From an uncultured virus (IMG/VR IMGVR_UViG_3300031787_008607) (lineage: Duplodnaviria; Heunggongvirae; Uroviricota; Caudoviricetes), in IMG/VR virus record IMGVR_UViG_3300031787_008607, positions 62,001-126,000 of that record: 64,000 nucleotides of DNA, one strand, 5' to 3'. Both the position numbers and the translations under genes were made by a program. Shown here in pieces: positions 1 to 7,395 of this stretch (positions are counted from its first letter, which is position 1; each line of letters begins with the position of its first letter). The notes beneath the pieces were generated by a model. It ran no database searches. It was not told the origin of the DNA and saw only the letters and a list, made by a program, of their open reading frames with translations.

Positions 1-2
1 TT

Positions 3-431
3 ATGTTTAATGCTTATGGTTTAAACAAATATACAGGTGAAAGTGGGATGTTTAAAGGTAAAAGAACTTCTGAAAACTATAAAATAAAACAAGTTGGAAT
101 AACAACGATTAATAATTTACCAACAGTTGAATTTACAGTCCAAGATATTACAGGTTCGGACGTTGAGGGTTATACAGGTACTTTTTTAAATAGAGATAAA
201 AAAAGATATAGTGAACCTATTAAATTCAGATGGAATTGTAACTCGGCATTTGAAAAAGGATTAGGTGCTATTGGTGAACCTTTCAAAAGAAAAGGTGGAA
301 TTAAAGAAGATTATCTAAATAACGATTTAGCAAAAGTAATTACATCAAGACCGTTTTGTACTTATAAAGGAACCCCTGATTATGTAGTACCAATTAAACC
401 AAATGCATCATATAGAGGTGCTCCAAGATAA
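3..431 (+). CDS. hypothetical protein (probably 5'-truncated by window edge)
   Basis: ORF begins at the window edge; no recognisable motif. Confidence 0.6.
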   Translation: MFNAYGLNKYTGESGMFKGKRTSENYKIKQVGITTINNLPTVEFTVQDITGSDVEGYTGTFLNRDKKRYSEPIKFRWNCNSAFEKGLGAIGEPFKRKGGIKEDYLNNDLAKVITSRPFCTYKGTPDYVVPIKPNASYRGAPR

Positions 432-449
432 AATAAAAAAAACAAAAAA

Positions 450-866
450 ATGAAAAAAGTAGTAAGATTGTCAGAATCAGAATTAACTAACTTAATTAAA
501 ACAGTAGTTAAAGAAACAAAAAGAAATAAAAAAAATGGAGTTAATGAAGCGGTTGAAAACTTCTTTAATCCTGAGGCTATGAGTACAGGTGGGGCGATTG
601 CTACAATGGTTGGTACAACTATTGCACTTTTAGGTATAGCAGGATGGGATTATCTTAAGGATTTTTATCGTCATTTAAGAAAAACTGAAGGAAAAGAACA
701 AGAGGCGATGGAACTTAAGTCTATCATCCAAGATTATGAAAGTAATAAAATGAATTCAGGTGAAGAAATGGATTCTGAAGTTGAAGTTGATAATATGGAT
801 ATTGAAGATGAAGAACCAATGAAGCCAATGGCTGAAAATATCAGAAGAAAAACAAGAAGATATTAA
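450..866 (+). CDS. putative virion-associated membrane protein with MKKVVRLSESEL leader
   Basis: N-terminal KKVVRLSESELTNLIKTVVKE leader shared with other ORFs; one hydrophobic segment (AIATMVGTTIALLGIAGW); acidic C-terminus. Confidence 0.7.
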   Translation: MKKVVRLSESELTNLIKTVVKETKRNKKNGVNEAVENFFNPEAMSTGGAIATMVGTTIALLGIAGWDYLKDFYRHLRKTEGKEQEAMELKSIIQDYESNKMNSGEEMDSEVEVDNMDIEDEEPMKPMAENIRRKTRRY

Positions 867-884
867 TTTAAAAAAAAAATAATG

Positions 885-910
885 AAAAACTCCCGATTGG
901 GAGTTTTTTT
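885..910 (+). terminator. intrinsic terminator
   Basis: aaaaactccc-gatt-gggagttttttt hairpin plus T-tract after 450..866. Confidence 0.8.
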
Positions 911-913
911 GTT

Positions 914-921
914 TATATTTG
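914..921 (+). promoter_or_regulatory. Bacteroidota-type -7 promoter element (TAnnTTTG)
   Basis: TATATTTG 25 nt upstream of ATG 947. Confidence 0.6.
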
Positions 922-946
922 TAGAACAATTAACACCGACACCACT

Positions 947-1111
947 ATGAAAAACTTAAAACTAAAATTGACTTCAGCAATGTTCGCTCTTGTATTATCA
1001 GTTGTATTAATGGTTAGCTCACCATCATTACCTGTATTTGTTTTAAGTGTTGGTCTTATCCTATTACAGACAGCTTTGTGGGGTAAGTTGATGAAAGAGA
1101 TTAAAGAATAA
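947..1111 (+). CDS. small 2-TM membrane protein, 54 aa (not in ORF track)
   Basis: MKNLKLKLTSAMFALVLSVVLMVSSPSLPVFVLSVGLILLQTALWGKLMKEIKE; has its own promoter and terminator. Confidence 0.75.
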   Translation: MKNLKLKLTSAMFALVLSVVLMVSSPSLPVFVLSVGLILLQTALWGKLMKEIKE

Positions 1112-1137
1112 AAAAATCCCCTCTAATGAGGGGATTT
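1110..1137. terminator. bidirectional intrinsic terminator
   Basis: aaatcccctc-taat-gaggggattt between convergent genes. Confidence 0.8.
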
Positions 1138-1142
1138 ATGGT

Positions 1143-1967
1143 TTATACTGTTACTTCTTGTTGTAGTAGTTCGTAAGCTCTTGCTAAACGGGTCATCCCA
1201 ATCCCACCACCAAATCTTGGGAAGAAATCATGAGATAAGAATTCTTCTAATTCCTTCTCAACTCTTTCTTTTCCGAATAGTTCAAAAAGTTTTTCAGAAT
1301 ATTTTCCATTTTCTATTGTGTAGAAGTTATTTTTCATTTCTTCTACGTTAGAACTTCTTTCTGCGGAACCAATTGTTTCTTGTCCGTAAAGAATTACATC
1401 AACTTTGTTGAATATTTTGTTTTCACTTTCTCTCATGTTCCAAAATGGGTTTGTTCTGTATGGGAAATTTTGAAGTGAGACGACTGAACCTTTTTCTTCC
1501 CACATTCTTGTTTCGTGTTCGTTTTCTAAAATTGAAACTCCACCGTACTCTTCACATACATCATCGTAGTTAACTTCTACAGGTGAATCAAAACCTAAAT
1601 AATCTAAAAGTTCAGATTCAAGTTTTAACATTTCTTTCATTCCACCTTTTGATTCGAATTCAAACATTGGAAAAATCATTTCGTGACGACCTGGAATTGG
1701 GTCTTTTTCTTGTCTATAAGACGTTGAAATACAATAGACACCGTTCCATTCAGGATTCTTAAGAAGTTCGTATTCTAACCACATTTGACCCGTCTGTGGT
1801 AGTGGCCATACTTCTCCTTGATAATTGAATGTTGTTATTGAGTGTGGATTTTCACACGCCGCCAAGATTGATAATCTTGATTGAGTTGGAACTTCTTTAA
1901 AACCTTTGTTTTGGAAGAATGTTCTCATCTTTTGAACTAACTCGTTGTAAGTTTCTGTGTTTTTCAT
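1143..1967 (-). CDS. class II aaRS (Asn/Asp) catalytic-domain paralogue lacking the anticodon-binding domain; probable AsnRS-related asparagine synthetase
   Basis: 274 aa; motif 1 MRTFFQNKGFKEV, LPQTGQMWLE (cf. AsnRS LTQSGQLYLE), motif 2 SYRQE..GRH..F...EFE, motif 3 GGGIGMTRL; no N-terminal OB fold; Asn-rich leader upstream. Confidence 0.75.
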   Translation of the reverse strand: MKNTETYNELVQKMRTFFQNKGFKEVPTQSRLSILAACENPHSITTFNYQGEVWPLPQTGQMWLEYELLKNPEWNGVYCISTSYRQEKDPIPGRHEMIFPMFEFESKGGMKEMLKLESELLDYLGFDSPVEVNYDDVCEEYGGVSILENEHETRMWEEKGSVVSLQNFPYRTNPFWNMRESENKIFNKVDVILYGQETIGSAERSSNVEEMKNNFYTIENGKYSEKLFELFGKERVEKELEEFLSHDFFPRFGGGIGMTRLARAYELLQQEVTV

Positions 1968-2002
1968 TTTTTGTTTTTTTTTATTTTATTTATTAAAAGG
2001 GC

Positions 2003-2031
2003 AAAAAAAATCCTGACAAATGTCAGGATTT
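2003..2031 (-). terminator. intrinsic terminator in the 5' leader of 1143..1967 (attenuator)
   Basis: minus strand AAATCCTGAC-ATTT-GTCAGGA-T8, ending 35 nt before the ATG; no upstream co-directional gene to terminate. Confidence 0.8.
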
Positions 2032-2091
2032 CTTAAAAATATTATTGTTGTTTAAATTTCGTAGTTTTCTTTTAACTTTTTTTGTTACCAT
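2023..2091 (-). CDS. Asn-rich leader peptide MVTKKVKRKLRNLNNNNIFKKS (22 aa)
   Basis: ATG 2091; codons AAT TTA AAC AAC AAT AAT at positions 12-17; TGA inside the 5' arm of the terminator. Confidence 0.7.
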   Translation of the reverse strand: MVTKKVKRKLRNLNNNNIFKKS

Positions 2092-2164
2092 TAAAATTAA
2101 ATATATGCGTTTTATTAAAAATAATCAACATTAACAAAATATTTATTAAAAAGTATTTATCAGT

Positions 2165-3952
2165 ATGAGGAATTTATTAACTGAAGTTAGTAAGATGAAA
2201 AACATAATGGGTTTGACAGAAGCTGACAAACCAAAGTATAGCCCTGAGGTTAAATCTCTTGTTGCGGTTTTAAAAGATAACAAAGTATATAGTGCTCAAA
2301 TTCAAAAATTCATTAATAAGATTGAAGAATATTCAAAAGATGGCTTAGTTGATTTTGGATTAGTTACAAGAGGTATTTTAAAAACTTTAAAATTAAAAGG
2401 TAGTAAAGACATTAATATTTTTGAATTTTTCAAACAACTAACTAAATCATTAGAAAAAAGAAAAACTAAAAAAGAAGTTGTTAGTCCTGAAGAAGAGCCA
2501 TCAATATTAGATAAGGACATTTATAAGAAAGAATTATTTTTCCTTCAGGTTGAATTATTAAAACTACAGGAATGGTTAAAACAAACAGGTAAAACTGTTA
2601 TTATTGTTTTTGAAGGAAGAGATTCTGCAGGTAAAGGTTCAACAATTAAAAAGTTTACTGAAAACTTAAATCCAAGATATTATAAAGTTATTGCTCTTGG
2701 TATTCCTACACCCGATGAAAGAAAGAACTGGTGGGATAGATACAGAAATCAAATTGAGAAAGGTAAGATAAACTTCTTTGATAGAAGTTGGTATAATAGA
2801 GGTTTAGTGGAACCTGTTATGGGTTATGGTTCTTCAGATGAATATGAAGACTTTATGGATAATGTTCAGGACTTTGAGGAGTCATTAGTTATTGACGGTG
2901 ATTATCTATTCAAACTTTGGTTCTCAATAGATAAAGAAACTCAGGCTAAAAGATTTGATTTTAGACAAAAGTCACCATTGAAATATTGGAAGTATTCTGA
3001 GAATGATGAAAAAATGCAAGATGTGTGGGAAAAGTTTACAGAGTATAAACAAAAACTTTTTGATAAAACATCCACTGTAAACCATCCTTGGGTTGTTTTG
3101 GATTCTAACGATAAAAAGATTTCAGGTTTAAATTCAATTAGATATGTTTTACAGAATATTCCTTATACAAATAAAGATGAGGATGTTTTAAATAAGGATT
3201 TTCCTGAAGCAATGACTGTGTTAAAACCAAATATTAATGAGCAATCAGTTTTTGATGACATTAATAAAACTATGGGTTTTAACCAATCAAATAAAGAACC
3301 AAATTTTATGGATAAATGGTCTTCTATGGGTCAACCAAAAGACCAAATGAAACCAGATTCGGGAGGTGTTGTTAGTGATATAAATAAAACAATTAAATCC
3401 GGTCTTCAAAAAGCCTCAAGTGAAATATCTAAAAAAAATGAGAAAACCAATCAAAAACCTACAGGTGTTTCAGATAATCTTGTAAATTTTGTTGGTAATA
3501 TTGAGTTTTTTGTTCCTTGTGTTTATGATGATGCTAAAGGTGGTAAATGTATTAGAGGAGAATCTGATTGTTGTTTAAAAGGTAGAGTTCCATCTGGAAC
3601 CCCGACAATTGGTTATGGTACGGTTTATTACCCTGATGGTAGAAAAGTATCACCTAAAGACCCATCAATAACAAAAGATATTGCTAAAACGTATTTAAAA
3701 ACTGCTTTAAATAAATTGGCAGGTAAGTTATTAGCAATATATCCTAATTTAAATCAAAAACAAGTTGATGCATTATCATCATTATGTTATCAAGTTGGAT
3801 TTGCGGGTTGTACAACAAAGGCCCCAAAATTAAGTACTTCTTTAAAAATGAATCCAAATTCTAATTCAGTTAAAATTAACTTTTTAGATTTTAGTCATAG
3901 AGACCGAAGAGAAAAAGAATGGAAAATTTATAGTCAAGGAATTTATTCTTAA
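2165..3952 (+). CDS. ppk2: polyphosphate kinase 2 fused to a C-terminal GH24-like lysozyme domain
   Basis: PPK2 motifs FEGRDSAGKG, FDRSWYNR, SPLKYWKYS; C-terminal E..YDD...GTPTIGYG, LNQKQVDALSS, RREKE typical of phage lysozyme. Confidence 0.85.
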   Translation: MRNLLTEVSKMKNIMGLTEADKPKYSPEVKSLVAVLKDNKVYSAQIQKFINKIEEYSKDGLVDFGLVTRGILKTLKLKGSKDINIFEFFKQLTKSLEKRKTKKEVVSPEEEPSILDKDIYKKELFFLQVELLKLQEWLKQTGKTVIIVFEGRDSAGKGSTIKKFTENLNPRYYKVIALGIPTPDERKNWWDRYRNQIEKGKINFFDRSWYNRGLVEPVMGYGSSDEYEDFMDNVQDFEESLVIDGDYLFKLWFSIDKETQAKRFDFRQKSPLKYWKYSENDEKMQDVWEKFTEYKQKLFDKTSTVNHPWVVLDSNDKKISGLNSIRYVLQNIPYTNKDEDVLNKDFPEAMTVLKPNINEQSVFDDINKTMGFNQSNKEPNFMDKWSSMGQPKDQMKPDSGGVVSDINKTIKSGLQKASSEISKKNEKTNQKPTGVSDNLVNFVGNIEFFVPCVYDDAKGGKCIRGESDCCLKGRVPSGTPTIGYGTVYYPDGRKVSPKDPSITKDIAKTYLKTALNKLAGKLLAIYPNLNQKQVDALSSLCYQVGFAGCTTKAPKLSTSLKMNPNSNSVKINFLDFSHRDRREKEWKIYSQGIYS

Positions 3953-3970
3953 CCCTTATATTTATAGTAT

Positions 3971-4288
3971 ATGAAAAAGTTTATTATTACAGAAAGTCAA
4001 TTAGAATTTATAGTTAAAAGATACCTTAACGAAGATGCAAGATACGTAATGTCTTTTGACGAGTTTATGAAACATAAAAACAAAGACCAACAATATAAGT
4101 GTGGTTTTGAAAACTTATGTTTTGTTATTCATGATGGAAATCACCAAATAGATTTGGATGATAAATTCCATGAAAAACACAAAATTCCTAATGGAGTTGG
4201 TGGAACAATTTACCACGATGGTAACAATGTTTATTTCTGTCCTGACTTTGGTGATGACAGACCGCAAAGAACTATTCAGGTTTATTAA
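3971..4288 (+). CDS. hypothetical protein with MKKFIITESQL leader
   Basis: leader motif; TATTTAT 5 nt before ATG. Confidence 0.7.
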   Translation: MKKFIITESQLEFIVKRYLNEDARYVMSFDEFMKHKNKDQQYKCGFENLCFVIHDGNHQIDLDDKFHEKHKIPNGVGGTIYHDGNNVYFCPDFGDDRPQRTIQVY

Positions 4289-4983
4289 AACTCAAATTGG
4301 TGTTTAAATTCGTAACCTGTTGAAGATTGTTCAACATTCATACGAAAATCTAATTCTATTGTTTGGTTTTCATTGTTAATTATAAATGTTCCCTCAGAAC
4401 CTTCATTTATTTCCCATCCACCATGATTTTGCTCCAAAATGTTGTATAACTTATTTTCCCAAACCGCTGTAAATTCATAATGTTTGTCATCAGTATCATT
4501 GATTAGACCAACGTCATCAATATAACCTGAATCACCTGAACCACTAAAATCAACTCTAATTTTAAGTTTACCATCTTCTTTCCACTGAACCATATCCTCA
4601 AGTAATTCCTTTTCGTCAATTTCAAACTCTTGGTAATATGATTCATAACCCATAGTTTGAATACTTTCATCAATTGTAAAAGTTTTATCTCTTGTTGAAT
4701 ACTCACATGATACCGTCGCTCTAGAGTCACCATCACCTTCTAGTGAATCTAAAACTTCATCTTTAATAGAATCAAAAAAATTATCTAAAAAATCAAATAA
4801 TTTATTAGGTATAATATCATAAGCTCCACCTTTATTAGTCCAAGGTGAGAAGTGATAATCAACATTCCCGTCGTAATCAACATAAAAGTCATTACTGACA
4901 CGAGTAAGACCATTACTTAATAGGATATAATGTAAAAGTTTAAAATTTTTTATAGTTTCAGGGTTATTTAATAATTCTTTCAT
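4285..4983 (-). CDS. hypothetical protein (DUF6878-like C-terminal domain)
   Basis: FSGSGDSG...GWEINEGSEG motif recalled from DUF6878; start refined to MKELL at 4983, with minus-strand TATTTAT 4 nt upstream. Confidence 0.6.
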   Translation of the reverse strand: MKELLNNPETIKNFKLLHYILLSNGLTRVSNDFYVDYDGNVDYHFSPWTNKGGAYDIIPNKLFDFLDNFFDSIKDEVLDSLEGDGDSRATVSCEYSTRDKTFTIDESIQTMGYESYYQEFEIDEKELLEDMVQWKEDGKLKIRVDFSGSGDSGYIDDVGLINDTDDKHYEFTAVWENKLYNILEQNHGGWEINEGSEGTFIINNENQTIELDFRMNVEQSSTGYEFKHQFEF

Positions 4984-4994
4984 AATAATAAATA

Positions 4995-5348
4995 TCAATC
5001 ATCAATTTCTAACTTCATGGTTTTAATCATCCATAAAGGTCTTTGTTTATTTTCTAATGCTAACACCCATTCTTTTGCTGATGGGATATATCCGTTACAA
5101 TCCTCCATAACATGTTGTTCACCGACATAACGGGTGTATACAGTTTTCCCATCACTGTTTTTAAATTCAGCACCAAAACGTTGTTCCATTTCAAATATAC
5201 CTTCAGAGTGATGACGAAACATTCTGTGAGATGAATGTCCGTACCAACCTTTTGTTTCATCTAACCATTCATGTAAATGGATATAATCTTCCCATTTTCC
5301 TCCGAATTTTTTCACGGATGATTTTGCATGGATTATTGGATGTGCCAT
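4995..5348 (-). CDS. His-rich protein (DUF6915-like)
   Basis: MAHPIIHAKSS..GG..DY..LHEWLD..K...HR..RHHSEG...EQHV.ED motif. Confidence 0.65.
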   Translation of the reverse strand: MAHPIIHAKSSVKKFGGKWEDYIHLHEWLDETKGWYGHSSHRMFRHHSEGIFEMEQRFGAEFKNSDGKTVYTRYVGEQHVMEDCNGYIPSAKEWVLALENKQRPLWMIKTMKLEIDD

Positions 5349-5351
5349 AAT

Positions 5352-5621
5352 TTAGTGTTCTATAGATGTTGTTAATATATAATCCTCAGGAAGTGAAAGA
5401 CTTTTGATAGTATGTAAGACAAGAATTTCCAAGCCTTCCGGAAAAAGTTCGATAGCGTATTCATAATTTGATGGGTATAATTTTACTGATAAAATGTTTT
5501 TTTTCTGACTAATTGAATGAGAAAATTCCGTAACTTTGATTTCAGAATTTTCACCGAACCATTGGTCGATGTCTTTTTTGTTTGTTTTGTTTAGGACTTT
5601 TTCAAAAAAACTCTTTTTCAT
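5352..5621 (-). CDS. hypothetical protein
   Basis: ORF tightly coupled to downstream gene. Confidence 0.6.
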   Translation of the reverse strand: MKKSFFEKVLNKTNKKDIDQWFGENSEIKVTEFSHSISQKKNILSVKLYPSNYEYAIELFPEGLEILVLHTIKSLSLPEDYILTTSIEH

Positions 5622-5662
5622 AATTATATATACAAAAGAAATATAAGATATTTATTGTTAAG

Positions 5663-6046
5663 ATGAAAGTAAATTTATATGATAAATCTAGTGGGCTTGG
5701 TTCTGAAGAAATAAACGTTATTCAGGACTTTTTGAGATTTTGTCAAAAAAACTCTCCACTTAAGAAAGACGTTGATATCCATCTTCTTGGTGAACGTTTT
5801 GGTAAAATGACCACAGGTAGTGAAATCACTGGTAGAATTAAAGTACTTGCGGGTGGAAGAATGTTAATTGACATTTTAAGAACTGTTGCTCACGAGTGGG
5901 TTCATGAGTTTGCTCGTCAAAGAAATATCAAGTTACAAGGGTTTAACACCCAATCTCAAGAGAATTATGCTAATACTGAAGCAGGTATTATGATTCGTAT
6001 GTACGAAAAAAGTAATCCACAACTAACTGCGTTGTTGTATAATTAA
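5663..6046 (+). CDS. putative zincin metallopeptidase
   Basis: RTVAHEWVH (HExxH) followed by ENYAN; TATTTAT at 5649-5655. Confidence 0.65.
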   Translation: MKVNLYDKSSGLGSEEINVIQDFLRFCQKNSPLKKDVDIHLLGERFGKMTTGSEITGRIKVLAGGRMLIDILRTVAHEWVHEFARQRNIKLQGFNTQSQENYANTEAGIMIRMYEKSNPQLTALLYN

Positions 6047-6065
6047 GAAAGATTATGTATATTTG
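6035..6065 (+). promoter_or_regulatory. Bacteroidota-type -33/-7 promoter
   Basis: TTG 6035-6037, 20-nt spacer, TATATTTG 6058-6065. Confidence 0.6.
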
Positions 6066-6069
6066 TCCT

Positions 6070-6276
6070 ATGGATAGGGACTTTCAATGGATACGTAAGG
6101 TAATTGGTTCGATTACCCACTTTGGACAAATTCAATCTGCCGAAAATCTGATTGATTTTTATGTTAAAAAATATGAAAATTCTGAAGAATTAACACAATA
6201 TTCTTTGGACTTTGAATGTAGTATTGTTTCCTTAAAGAAAAGTTTAATTAGTAAAAAGGCAATTCTTGAATTATGA
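6070..6276 (+). CDS. hypothetical protein
   Basis: start refined to MDRDFQ just downstream of the promoter; stop overlaps next start. Confidence 0.6.
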   Translation: MDRDFQWIRKVIGSITHFGQIQSAENLIDFYVKKYENSEELTQYSLDFECSIVSLKKSLISKKAILEL

Positions 6277-6869
6277 TTGAAAAAATAAAAGAACTTTATT
6301 GGTCTAAAATCGGTTATAAGGTAAGAGGTTTTTTTACCTCAGTTGGTAATTTAATTAAATGGTTCCCTATCATTTGGAAAGACAGGGATTGGGATGACCA
6401 TTATATTTTTGAGGTTTTTAAGTTTAAGTTAGAAAAACAAGCTAAGTACATTAAAGAAAAAGGATTTCACACTAATTCAGACCTTGATGCTAAAAGAATG
6501 ATGTTATGTGTCAAACTGATGGAAAAAGTTCAGGAAGAATTTTATGTTATGGAATATATGGACTATGAAGATAAAGATTTTTTCTTTGTTCCAACAGGTG
6601 ATGATATCGAAGATGATTTAGGTGGTTATTATATGGAGACCCGTTTGAAAAAAGAAAACTTAAATGATTTTTTCAAAAAATACCCATTAGTTTACAAAAA
6701 AATTGTTACCAACAAAAAACATCAAATTTTTAAAATTGACAACGAGGATTTAACTTCATACGATGTTAAATCAAGAATTGCCTTGAATATTGGAAGATAC
6801 AATCACGAAAGGGCAAGGAAATTACTTTTCAAAGTATTGAGTGAAAATATTGAAAGATGGTGGAACTAG
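6273..6869 (+). CDS. conserved phage hypothetical protein
   Basis: IWKDRDWD motif and terminal WWN; ends in TAG. Confidence 0.7.
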   Translation: MIEKIKELYWSKIGYKVRGFFTSVGNLIKWFPIIWKDRDWDDHYIFEVFKFKLEKQAKYIKEKGFHTNSDLDAKRMMLCVKLMEKVQEEFYVMEYMDYEDKDFFFVPTGDDIEDDLGGYYMETRLKKENLNDFFKKYPLVYKKIVTNKKHQIFKIDNEDLTSYDVKSRIALNIGRYNHERARKLLFKVLSENIERWWN

Positions 6870-7183
6870 TTTATAGTTTCACTTTCTTCAGTAGTTTCTT
6901 GTACTTCTTCTACCGTAGGTTCTTCTGTTTTATCTTTTGATTTTCTATAACCTAAAAGAGTTGCTCCAATACCAACAAGGATTATTGATTGTGTTATAAC
7001 GTCAATATCTTTGTTTAAAAACATTTTATCGATACAACCCATAAAGAATGTTAAACCTCCGATAAACACGATGTAAAGACCCGCAGTTCCACTTCCTGAT
7101 GTCTTTCCTGAACTATTGGAAGTCATCTCGGCAAATGAAAACTGTTTAATGTTTCCGATTTGTTTTTTAATGTATTCTTTCAT
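6866..7183 (-). CDS. 2-TM membrane protein (holin-like candidate)
   Basis: two hydrophobic helices and a charged C-terminal tail. Confidence 0.55.
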   Translation of the reverse strand: MKEYIKKQIGNIKQFSFAEMTSNSSGKTSGSGTAGLYIVFIGGLTFFMGCIDKMFLNKDIDVITQSIILVGIGATLLGYRKSKDKTEEPTVEEVQETTEESETIN

Positions 7184-7185
7184 GT

Positions 7186-7326
7186 TTATCTCCCTTGACC
7201 TCTGTAAGGTTTTTTGTAATTCTTACTTCTTTTATTTGCGGTAAATTTCTTTGTTGATTTACCTGATTTCTTAACTCCGAATGAAACCTTCGTTGAGTTA
7301 GATGATTTAGTTGTTTTAGCTGCCAT
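7186..7326 (-). CDS. small basic protein, 46 aa, ending YKKPYRGQGR (not in ORF track)
   Basis: MAAKTTKSSNSTKVSFGVKKSGKSTKKFTANKRSKNYKKPYRGQGR; stop 2 nt before the next start. Confidence 0.75.
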   Translation of the reverse strand: MAAKTTKSSNSTKVSFGVKKSGKSTKKFTANKRSKNYKKPYRGQGR

Positions 7327-7395
7327 TATTTCATTTATTTAGCAATAAGTATACTTTTTTTTAAAATTTCATCTATTTATATAAAAAGTTTTTTT

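Noticed and set aside
1143..1967. Functional AsnRS/AspRS or EF-P lysyl ligase EpmA
   Set aside because: No anticodon-binding domain; motifs are closer to the Asn/Asp family than to LysRS; the Asn leader favours an asparagine-related role (not proven)
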